A stretch of 64,000 nucleotides of DNA, taken from NCBI GenBank assembly GCA_964057225.1, contig OZ059899.1, forward strand, positions 11,284,001 through 11,348,000. Reading direction: 5' to 3'. The DNA comes from Auanema rhodensis. Taxonomy: Eukaryota > Animalia > Nematoda. Position 1 is the first letter of the stretch, and the number at the start of each line of letters is the position of its first letter. Made by a program: the position numbers and the translations under genes. Of this stretch, positions 35,401-44,400 are shown in pieces. The notes under the pieces were generated by a model. That model made no database searches, was not told the DNA's origin, and was given only the letters and a program-made list of their open reading frames with translations.

Positions 35401-37934
35401 CTGTGATTGCAGAAGCCGAAATAGGATCTATACCGGACTATGAAATCTTCTCAACAGAACAACAGTACGACTATATTCCACCAGAAGCAGACTGGGAAGG
35501 CAAATTACCTCACTTCCCTGGTGATTTCATGAAAGAACTTGACCTAAAAGAGGCTGATCTTACGCAACGACAAAAAGACGAACTACGAAACATCATTCGT
35601 CAACGTAAGAAGGCATTCCTCAATGAAGATAAAAAGATAGGATTGTTCAAAGGACCAGTAGAACACAAGATACCACTACGAACGGATATGGATATGCCAA
35701 AGCCACGAATTTCACGTATACCTCTCGGGAGACAAGAAGAGGTAGAAAGACAAGTCCAAGAAATGCTCGAGCAAGGGATAATAGAACGATCGACATCTTT
35801 GTTCAACAGCCCTGTCGTTCTCGTTAAGAAAAAAGACGAAACATTCCGTTTCGTTACGGATTTCCGAGCCTTAAATAACGTTACAAGAAAACAAACATAT
35901 GTGATTCCTAACATCTCTGATATCATTGACTTAGCGGCTGGATCACAATACTTTTCTAATTTTGATCTTGTTTCTGGCTTTTTCCAAATACCATTATTGA
36001 AGAAGGATAGACCACTTACATCCTTTACCACCAATAGTGGGACTTATCAATACAGGAGAATGCCTATGGGATTATGTGGTGCGCCACATACCTTTCAAAC
36101 AGCCGTGAGATATCTCCAAAGTAAATGTAAATGCCGACTATTTGTCTATTTGGACGATTTACTAGTCATATCAGACAGCGCAGAACAACACCTCGAAGAC
36201 ATCAAAGAAGTATTACTCGCTGTAGAAAGACTAGGATTTAAGATTAAACTCAAGAAATGTTCATTTGCAAGACCAGAAGTGAAATTTCTCGGACTCATTG
36301 TCGGAAGAGACGGAGTTAAGCCCGATCAACAGAAAGTTTCCGCCATCCGCGATTACCCTGCTCCTCAAACACCCACAGGAGTAAGAGCATTCTTAGGAAT
36401 GGTCGGATTCTTTAGAAAATTTATTAAAGATTTTGCACATATAGCAAGTCCGCTGTATGACCTTACTAAGCTAGACGCAGACTTCAATTGGACTAGCGAA
36501 TGTCAACATTCACTAGATAAGCTAAAGGAACGACTAATCGAAGCACCGGTACTGAAACCACCACGATCAGACCGAACTTTCATCATTGAAAGTGATGGCA
36601 GCAACATCGCCATAGGCGCAGTATTACTGCAGCCCGAAGATCCAAACGAACCATTCAAGAACTTACATCCAATTGCTTTCGCAAGTAGGAAATTAGTAAA
36701 AGCAGAACGTAACTATGCTCCCATAGAGATAGAAGCCTTAGGCTTAGTTTACGCTCTAGCACAGTTTCGAACATACATACTTGGATCACATTCAATTTGC
36801 ATCACCGATCATCGCCCATTGACAAGCTTACTAACTAGAAGAGACCTATTTGGAAGACTAGCAAAGTTCCAATTGGTCATACAGGAATACGATATTGAGA
36901 TCAAATATCGAGAAGGCAGATTAAACAAAGTCTGTGACGCACTCTCTAGATACATTGGAGATGAAGCTAACGATCCAAAGACGTCGAACAAGAAACAAAA
37001 GACGAATTCGAAAGAGAAAATTGAGACACAACAAGTAAATGTTGTGAAGTTACCAGAATTCAGCTCAATCCAACAAAATACTCCTTGGATCAAGAGAACA
37101 ATAGCTGAGATTGAATACAGAACGAAGAAAAATATGATTCAAAATGATCGTTATTGTGTTATAAACAACTTACTCTACACAAAACCAAGCGTCAAAAGAC
37201 CTCATCCAGCGTTAATATTGCCATCGGATAGTGATATAATTAACAAAATCATTGAAGAATTTCATGAAGACCCAACAATCGGGGCGCATCAAGGAATCAA
37301 CAAAACAAAAGAAGCCATATTACGAAGATTTTCCTGGACTAACATGCAGAACGACATAGCAAAATACGTAAAACAGTGCATCAAATGTGCGCAACGAAAG
37401 AAAGATCCTCATGCTATGACCGTACAACCGATGGGTCAATTTAACATACCATCAAAACCATTTGAGAGAATACATATGGATATCATGGGACCATTCCCAA
37501 CATCAAAAAGGAACAACAGCTATGTCCTCACAATACAAGAATCTTTCTCCAAATGGGCTACAACTATCGCCATACCAACAATTGTTAGTGAAGTTGTCAT
37601 TGATAGATTCCTCAGAAACTTTGTATATGTCTATGGACCACCGAATCGCTTAATAACAGACCGCGGTTCCAACTTCCTATCAAGGAAATTTGAAGACATG
37701 TGCGAAAAACTTGGTATCAAACATGAATCAACACTCCCACATCAGAAGAATTCCAATGGACAAGTAGAAAGACTTCATAGAACGTTAGAAGAAGGACTCA
37801 CACATTATCTCAACGAAGATGTCACTGATTGGGACATGTTTTTGCCAAAAATTACCTTTGCATTGAACACCACAACGCATGCAACCACAGGAATATCACC
37901 ATACGTTGTACTATTCGGAAAGAAAGCCGTTTGA
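32376..37934 (+). CDS. pol: Env remnant (gB-like core plus TM) fused to Pol (protease, RT, RNase H, integrase)
   Basis: LWDSGS protease; FDLVSGFFQ and YLDD RT; ESDGS RNase H; HHCC and D,D(35)E integrase (MDIMGP, TDRG, VERL). Confidence 0.95.
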   Translation: MLHICPYTFLRPLMSNPGITSIIPIIKGRRLVDPTYSLKAWITSHKEKFEFFFRIQINEHSVRHFLKQYDFSDKEEALLYYIAQRELAITTKAAISYLTSEQLLEQISDRLTVIEFDEIIRKKEGSYRERIESIALNLTNTPVIIEEGLTVPSRQEVLQTFIQMPPIRKRILTDEEEKKSEFIKATINLLRELKTLTTVRWNKTAAFIDDRKFIKLPASRQFMPKTDKLFYDRKNNYGIPIGPHPKLIKPSNLSKKLLLEIFLPLLNNVKTPYTSSRITQEQLQILMAEENETNIRQIATRTSSVASGGAASGAVVTPVQPLIEQKGTIQSVTTIQPQITNNPHTNATTTTRAPSWRQQPSTTAPHTTAATTARTTTSTARSPTTTRSYAIYKDAQIPKIQETTEASPTLIRKNRASSTPSVETSNLVEANARYIATKIDSVQEFRQNISNKIAQDNLQYATTMIQEELQKHFEESYESICEIQNRYLELWKSILQIEPTIAMRTILGREDIAARFVGNEILHIHVCPTVLEKTIYHNHTVNGTCYLETPVWTQDGQLLFAAPGSKDLLPHGKERSCDHVPTDIWSSEGEWKGINGTADVNLVSMWDGLHHEKITPLKFTGAHLYTNLSSRVYSMTTAIAYGASLASIRQNHVLHTIHNDPKISATFSVLKKSSDYISKAQEFTKSTWKSFIDTIAGTIERTLITIGAITLFTIILFVIGFIVKIYFFKPVGIPVMHIALKDHDSDLPTYEETLELVSHPDQPIPRHIMKQYYPSMLTFIPIALPLVCSISKKKDQALPLLWMTVNDRLILTLWDSGSSVSYIRISTLHYLALNDFVKKNTLRATTANGSEFVFIGTIDLTVEIAGYEIDHTFFISDDKDCPSPALIGLDFMKTLDCQNIGMKLRPYKRTLEIGNHVVPLASGINGDINRISKTVNLITLEPRSLLPRQVFNFQVQLENPIGEDLIAMIKPNDNTPLSPRYDTAFRDVNSINIQFRNNSKEFIEIPAGTVIAEAEIGSIPDYEIFSTEQQYDYIPPEADWEGKLPHFPGDFMKELDLKEADLTQRQKDELRNIIRQRKKAFLNEDKKIGLFKGPVEHKIPLRTDMDMPKPRISRIPLGRQEEVERQVQEMLEQGIIERSTSLFNSPVVLVKKKDETFRFVTDFRALNNVTRKQTYVIPNISDIIDLAAGSQYFSNFDLVSGFFQIPLLKKDRPLTSFTTNSGTYQYRRMPMGLCGAPHTFQTAVRYLQSKCKCRLFVYLDDLLVISDSAEQHLEDIKEVLLAVERLGFKIKLKKCSFARPEVKFLGLIVGRDGVKPDQQKVSAIRDYPAPQTPTGVRAFLGMVGFFRKFIKDFAHIASPLYDLTKLDADFNWTSECQHSLDKLKERLIEAPVLKPPRSDRTFIIESDGSNIAIGAVLLQPEDPNEPFKNLHPIAFASRKLVKAERNYAPIEIEALGLVYALAQFRTYILGSHSICITDHRPLTSLLTRRDLFGRLAKFQLVIQEYDIEIKYREGRLNKVCDALSRYIGDEANDPKTSNKKQKTNSKEKIETQQVNVVKLPEFSSIQQNTPWIKRTIAEIEYRTKKNMIQNDRYCVINNLLYTKPSVKRPHPALILPSDSDIINKIIEEFHEDPTIGAHQGINKTKEAILRRFSWTNMQNDIAKYVKQCIKCAQRKKDPHAMTVQPMGQFNIPSKPFERIHMDIMGPFPTSKRNNSYVLTIQESFSKWATTIAIPTIVSEVVIDRFLRNFVYVYGPPNRLITDRGSNFLSRKFEDMCEKLGIKHESTLPHQKNSNGQVERLHRTLEEGLTHYLNEDVTDWDMFLPKITFALNTTTHATTGISPYVVLFGKKAV

Positions 37935-38464
37935 GATTGGATAAAGATTTATACCCCGAAACAACTGAACCAAAGGAAATTTCAAAGGAGGTTGAAAATA
38001 TTGAAAAAATCCGAAGCAAACAGAAAACAATCATTCAAGAAAATTTGGAAAAGCATCAAGAATTAGCAAAAAAGAAACATGATGCTCGATTACGCACTCA
38101 CGAAAGAGATATACAAGAAGGAGACTGCGTTATGTTAGCTGTGAAAATGCACAAGCCAGGACAAAAGCTTCGGAAAGCTTATGATGGACCATTTGAAGTT
38201 ATTAATGTGAAGGGAAACATGGTTCAAATCAAAAACCTTTTCGGAAAGATCGAAGACGTTCACAAGGACAATCTCAAATTATTTAATCGAGAAACAGATG
38301 ACGGAATCGCACATAAGAACAGTACACGTACAGACAGCTCAGACGATGACAGCGATATTGAAATCATAGAGGTTATCAACGGAAACAACAACGATGAAGA
38401 CTCTTATGACGAACCAGAAGACCTTTCGGATACAAATTGGCTACCATCAAGAAAAAACCATTAA
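37925..38464 (+). CDS. Integrase C-terminus (GPY/F motif), separated by a 1-bp frameshift
   Basis: YDGPFEV. Contiguous with IN in element D (GKESRMRLD). Confidence 0.85.
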   Translation, partial: SRLRLDKDLYPETTEPKEISKEVENIEKIRSKQKTIIQENLEKHQELAKKKHDARLRTHERDIQEGDCVMLAVKMHKPGQKLRKAYDGPFEVINVKGNMVQIKNLFGKIEDVHKDNLKLFNRETDDGIAHKNSTRTDSSDDDSDIEIIEVINGNNNDEDSYDEPEDLSDTNWLPSRKNH

Positions 38465-39091
38465 CTCATGAGATTTTATTGTAAATTGTTTTGTAATAAC
38501 TTTCTTTAAAGTAATACTAGAACACAAATTTTGTAACGAGTCCTCTAAAACAAGTCACTCTTAAGTCAAAAAGTAAACTAGAGCATAATGAACACGGGTC
38601 GAACGAACCTTCCTAATTTCAACTAACTTCCCCATACTAGATGAGATGAAAAATGAAAGACATAGTTTGCACTTGAGTAATCAATGACTCAATTTGGAAG
38701 TTATTTGGTATTACGCAAAACTTTTCTTTTTTTTCTAAACTCACACAAATTGAAACAAACAACCGAGCTCTAGCAAAAAAATAGTTAACTTTTTATCTAC
38801 ACTTGTTGGAGCGTTATGCTTAAAAACTTTTTTTTTTTATTATTTTATAAGCACGTTCGCCAATAAAACATAGTCTAGTATTCGTTAAAGAGGGTTAAAA
38901 CTTTCATAATTTGGTTAAAAATTTTTTAATTCTTTTCAGATACTGATGTTTTATATTGTATTATGTTCATATTATAAGAATTTTACGTAAAATATTGTAT
39001 TGTAACATGTACTTTAATACACACATTAACCCTTCTGCTACAGTTAATCAAGTCAAAACTTTTGATTGTCGCGAGGACGCGACATAAACTC

Positions 39092-39102
39092 GAAAAAGGG
39101 CA
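39092..39102 (+). promoter_or_regulatory. Element B polypurine tract
   Basis: GAAAAAGGGCA just before the 3' LTR. Confidence 0.75.
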
Positions 39103-39463
39103 CGTTCCATTCGGATGATCAATGCATTACATTAATATGACGAAGCTGTAGCAGGCGGGTTAGAGTCAGAGAATGCGAGACTGAGAGAAGACGACCCGCC
39201 CTCCTTTTCCATATTACAACACTTAAGCTTTGCCTCAGGGACGATCATGGATGGTTGGTCGTTCTCTCTCTGTTCTCTATTAGTTTAACCTTTACTTAGT
39301 TATATGTATCTTATTGTAATCACGTAGATATAATAAACCAATCTTTCTCGAGTCTTATGTTTATCCTTATGCTCCATGTTTAACCGCTACATCTGGAATA
39401 CTACCACGCTCATCTTGTAGACTCCATTGGTTTGTAAGATCGACGCGGGAGCATAACGGAACG
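39103..39463 (+). repeat. Element B 3' LTR (361 bp)
   Basis: Direct repeat of 28904-29261. Confidence 0.95.
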
Positions 39464-39489
39464 GCTCTAACCGACTGAGCTATGGCGGC
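39464..39489 (-). pseudogene. tRNA-Ile 5' fragment (first 26 nt), truncated by element B
   Basis: GCTCTAACCGACTGAGCTATGGCGGC abuts the LTR end. Confidence 0.9.
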
Positions 39490-40082
39490 TACGAAAGTAC
39501 GAAATAACAAAGCGCTGATTATAGGAAACGTGAATGAATGCAGATATTCTCAATTCCGATTCATTAACTAGATCGTGGTCAGCATTTTACAACATTGATA
39601 AAATAGAAACTGAGAAAAAAACATCAACAAATGACACTATTAGCTTGGTTTTTTGAACAGCTTTTTTATATTTCTTTTTTCACTATGAGAGAACTTATAT
39701 TTATTGCTTTTTCAAAATTTTCCATTTTTAACATTATACATCTTGACTATCACACATTGAGAACAACAGTTGGCAATGTTGGTTGTCACGTCATATTTCA
39801 TGCAGTTAGATTTTCAGACACATTAATACCTTTGACCATTCTTCTTATGAGTTTTGTAACGATAGATCGTAATAGGAAATGAATTGCTATAATATGAAAA
39901 AATACAAGACATAGTCAACATTGATTTCCCCAAATAGTATCATGTTTGCTTGTTATTCAATTAGAACACTTATTTTTTGATTGTTTTCTTGAAATATTCT
40001 TTTTTTTTCTTTAAGAAAGTTATGACTGAGATCAAAATTTGAACTTACTTTTGAACAATTAAACAGAAATTTAAAAAATATT

Positions 40083-40153
40083 TGCCGCCAGCAGGGGTCG
40101 AACCTGCGACCTTGGGCTTATTAGACCCACGCTCTAACCGACTGAGCTATGGC
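40083..40153 (-). pseudogene. tRNA-Ile split by element C (5' nt 1-8 at 48502-48509)
   Basis: The TSD ATGGC corresponds to tRNA nt 4-8. Confidence 0.92.
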
Positions 40154-40594
40154 TTTGGACTATGAATCCAAGAGTTATTCCAGGGGAATAGTTGTAGTAT
40201 TACCCGTTCGACGTGATACAGGAGTTAATACCGTTTAGGAGTATTAACGGAGGCTGATACTCGAAGAGAGTATTATCAGGGTTGAACTTCGCAGATTTGA
40301 GTTTAAAAGGTTTATTAAATAAAGATGGTACAGTGGTAGAAAAGTTAGATTCGAAAGTGAAGGTTTCTTGGGTTTATATATGATTTAGCTTAAGGGTGAT
40401 ATTTGATATTTGAATAGAAAGGTCACGTTAATGTAAACTATAGAGGTGATAAAAGTTCAACATTCTTTGAGAATGTTGCGCAATAGGTTAATGATACAAT
40501 TATTCGGTTAATAGATAATGGTTTAGTATTTCAGAAGAGTTATGTTTATATTGTAAATCATTATATTTTGTTAATAGTCAGGCATTTGCCGACA
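40154..40594 (-). repeat. Element C 3' LTR
   Basis: Direct repeat of 48061-48501. Confidence 0.96.
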
Positions 40595-41420
40595 TTGCCG
40601 GGCGAGGGTTGCGCTTTGAATTTTTCAAACAGCAATAAGAGAGGATAGCTGGTAGAAGGAAAGGAGCGAGAAAGGAGAGGGCTGTGTATAAGATATATGA
40701 ACATGCTGTGACTGCAGCTACGACGGGTACGATCCATTTCCAATTATTCTGGATCACTTCTATTAGAGGTTCCAAGTTGGGGAGATTCCAAGAGAGTCCA
40801 GATGTTCCATTATGTAGTTTGATCAGTTCTTCTGAAATTGTAGTGTCACTTATGTAGTGTAATCTGGTACTTAGCTGGATAAATTGCTTTGTTGCTCTTC
40901 CGCATGTTAGAGTACAATTTTCTTGTACTTTGGGTTCATTGAAGTATAGTTTTATCGTTGTGGCGGGATTTTTGTCGGAGCATCGAATTATAGTAGAAAA
41001 GGAATCGCAGTTCAGTATTGCATTTAACTCGTCCTTTGTTTCACATGTCATGTTTAGCGTTGTTCCTTCTCTGCATTTATAACATCCTGTTATCATTTGA
41101 AAATCTGAAAAACAAGGATGTCTATTAGTGTATAGACTTTCGATGCTAAATTGCGGGTTTTGCATTGTGAGCGTTGATTCTTCCATTTTTGATAGAACTG
41201 TTATAGTTCCTGCTTCTTTTGTTATCCTATAATTCGTATTAATTTTTGGAAGCTCATATTTTTTCAGTTCTCTTTGCGTCGCTGAATCGCAATTGCAAGA
41301 GAGCTGTGCTGCGGCCCCCAAACATGGGCAAGGCTTTCTTATGTGGCATGCATTAAACTTATCTGCCGCCATTCTTGCATTGCTGCATATAACAGCTGGT
41401 TTTATTTGCTCCGTTATCAT
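40578..41420 (-). CDS. env: C-terminal part of the phlebovirus-Gc-like envelope with TM anchor (frameshifted continuation)
   Basis: Cys-rich (GCYKCREG), with a hydrophobic TM. Removing one base of the A8 run at 41443-50 joins it to the polyprotein. Confidence 0.85.
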   Translation of the reverse strand: MITEQIKPAVICSNARMAADKFNACHIRKPCPCLGAAAQLSCNCDSATQRELKKYELPKINTNYRITKEAGTITVLSKMEESTLTMQNPQFSIESLYTNRHPCFSDFQMITGCYKCREGTTLNMTCETKDELNAILNCDSFSTIIRCSDKNPATTIKLYFNEPKVQENCTLTCGRATKQFIQLSTRLHYISDTTISEELIKLHNGTSGLSWNLPNLEPLIEVIQNNWKWIVPVVAAVTACSYILYTALSFLAPFLLPAILSYCCLKNSKRNPRPAMSANA

Positions 41421-41433
41421 GTAGTTGTTCGTC

Positions 41434-44400
41434 TCAGATGTTAAAAAAAATTTTGTTGTACAGTTCCGTTGTTGCTTTTGCTGTGACTGACGAAATCTGT
41501 AATGATATTCCGTGAAACTCGTATTTTCGGTAGGGCTGTAGCAAAATGTCGTATTTTTGAGTGTTGTTGAGGTATATGATCGTTAATTTTGCTTGCACTT
41601 CTTGCTTCCATTGTATGCATTTGATCTCTTCGTATACTTCTTTGTTCTCTGGTTGATAAGTTGGTCTAAATAAAATGCATCCTTCTATAGGAAGTCCACA
41701 GCTGTTGAATAGTCCTCCTCCGGCTCTGGTGCAGTAGGTTCTTCCAGGATTTTCGTATGCAGAATATAGTTCGGATACAAATGTATCCTGTCGAATATCA
41801 TCGCATCCGGTGCCCCAGGGGCAATGAGTTGTACCGGCGCATCTATGAGAGGAGTGAATGGTTAGGTTAGTTATTCTAGTGAATCCTTGCGAAACTTTTT
41901 GGCATGAAAATTTATGTTGAATTAGTTGAATTTCTAGTTTTCCTATAGTGGAGTTTTGATATTTGATGTAGGAGCAGAGAGAGTTTTGTAAGGGATTGAA
42001 TGAAATTTCTTCGTTGGTTATTTTGGTGCAGTTTTGTATATCGTCGCAAAAGATTTCTATGTTTTTATGAGCGTTGGGGGATCCACAAGCTTGCGCCTGG
42101 CATATGAGAAAAAAGAGTGTGAATAGGAGGGAAGGGATGTACGAAATGGTGGGCTCGTTCTGTCGGCGGTATGTTCTTAGTCTTCTGTAGATTAGACCAC
42201 AGCTAATGAATAAAAGAGCGCAGCCAATTAATGGCGTAAGTACTATAAGAATAGCTAAGATTGGATTACAGTGAGGATTGCCTATGATATGTAGGATGAA
42301 TGGCGGTGGGAAGTCACATGGGTGAGGAAGTTTGCATGTTTGATTCTGAGTTGACTCCAAGTTGAAGCGTGAAACGGATGCTGTTTTTGGTAAAACTGAA
42401 ATAGGTAGTGGGATTATTTCGGATTGGTGTGCAGAGAGATTATGGCAGCTGGAGTCGATGCATATTGTTGAGTGGTTTGGTTGTGCTGGAAATACCACTT
42501 GTGATGTTGAACACCTGATTATCGGTTGGGTCATAGCAACTGAAAATATTTGTATTAGCATCAGAAAACGAAAAATGTTCCTTAGCCGGTTCGGATTGGT
42601 TGGTGTGTGTGAAAGATAATTGACAGTTATTTCCTGTGATTCTCTTCCTTTGTCGAAATTGTCCTTGAGCTCGAGTGGGTAGAGTTTTTCAACTGGTTTC
42701 GTGAGTTCTTTGCCGTTTCCTAATTTAATTCTTGCGGATCTGAATATGTTATCCGAAGACGGTAGTAGGGCAGTAATGCGTGCCATTTGCCAGTTGCATC
42801 TGTTCAGGTTATCTTCTTCCACAAGGACCACCTCATTTAGCGTTGGGTGGTTAGAACTTCTGTGCGTTTGTTTTGTGGATGCGTGGGCATTACGGAGACA
42901 TAGAAGATATTCCTTGGACCACCGATCCCAGAATGATTCTGCTATAATTTCCACTTTCTGCAGATTTTCAAATGCTTCTTTATTCGTTTGTATTGGGTTT
43001 GGTTCATCCAAGGCTTGTCCCAATTGTTCTACGCTACCTCCTGGTACGAGAACGGGGCTGCCGTTATTTAAGAAATCTGCTGGTGTCAGGGGTCGGTCGT
43101 CTACATTATCTGAATTTGTATAGGTGATCGGTCTGGAATTTATTATTCCTTCGATCTTTATAATTGCCGTCGTTAGTTGGTCTTTGTTGACCAATTTAAG
43201 CTGCAATGATTTGTAGAGCGAAGTTTTTACTATCGCAACCAGTCGCTCCCATACTCCTCCAGTCCATGGGGCACTGGGAGTGTTAAAAATCCATGTAATG
43301 TGGTGTTTTTGTAAAAATTTTGTGAAACTTGTTCTATGTTCACTATCATAAGTTTCTAACATGTTAAGTATCTTAGCCGAGTGAACAAAATTGCTCCCAT
43401 TGTCCGAACGGATAACGTCCGGTAATCCTCTGCGAGCTACGAATCTTATAAATGCATTGAGGAATGTATTAGAGGTCATGTCGTTAATTGGTTCGAGGTG
43501 AACTGCCCGAACCGTTAGACATGTAAAGATTACTATATATATTTGTTCACTTTTTCTATATTTAATGGGTCCGATACAGTCTAGCCCCGTATGCTTAAAT
43601 GGCATAGCTTTTGTAATTCGATCTTCTGGCAGAGGTGCCAGAAAATCTGTGGTGAATGGGCGACTGAGTATTTTTTGACACGGGACGCACTTTTTTATAA
43701 TTGATTTGCATACCTGCCTTGTTCCTGCCATGAAGAATTTTTGAAGAAATAGGCTGATCATATGTGTAGTTCCCAGGTGTGCATTTTCTTTATGTATGGA
43801 AAGCAAAATTAGTTTACCTAAATCAGATTTTTTGGGTAGTAAAAAGGGGTACTTTGTGGATGCAGGCAATTTGGCGTTTAGCAAACGTGTTTGAATTATA
43901 CGTAATCCGTTGTTATCCTTGGTGGTGCGAAATTGCTTTATTTCCGATTGTTTTAATTTTTTCTGGGCCTCTTGTATGAGAAAGAGATCTGCGGTTTGGG
44001 ATTGCTGCTTTTCCTTTTGCGCTCGTTGTAGCATGGTTGATGTTGGAGTTTTGTTTATTTTCTGCAATAGTACTAGCGCGGCTTTAAATACCAAACCTGT
44101 GGTCCGTTGTAGTTTGGAGTACGAACTAAATCTTCCTGGTTGTATTATTGACTCGTATGGTTGAATATCAGTAGATACGGGTAGAATGAGCATGGGGGGT
44201 TCGTCTTCGTCTATTGGAGTGGTGAGTTCCTTTATTGGTCTGTTGTCCATTTGTGATAGCCATGGTGGAGAAAACAACCAGCGTTCCTTTAACAGATTTT
44301 GGTCTGTTGTCCCTCTAGTTCCAATGTCTGCTGGATTATGGTCGGTATCAACATAGTGGAAGTGTAGTGAAGCTTTTTGAGCTTCCAACCTTCTTCCTAT

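Larger units (their letters stand above)
28904..39463 (+). mobile_element. Element B: Ty3/gypsy LTR retrotransposon, gag-env-pol order, internally deleted
   Basis: LTRs, PBS and PPT present; PR-RT-RH-IN order; RT motif YLDD; no TSD. Confidence 0.96.
39464..40153. repeat. tRNA-Ile array, about one unit between elements B and C
   Basis: Same unit; both flanking tRNA genes are disrupted. Confidence 0.96.

Noticed and set aside
41443-41450. Programmed -1 frameshift in the C env
   Set aside because: The downstream frame needs +1, so a homopolymer indel is the simpler explanation.
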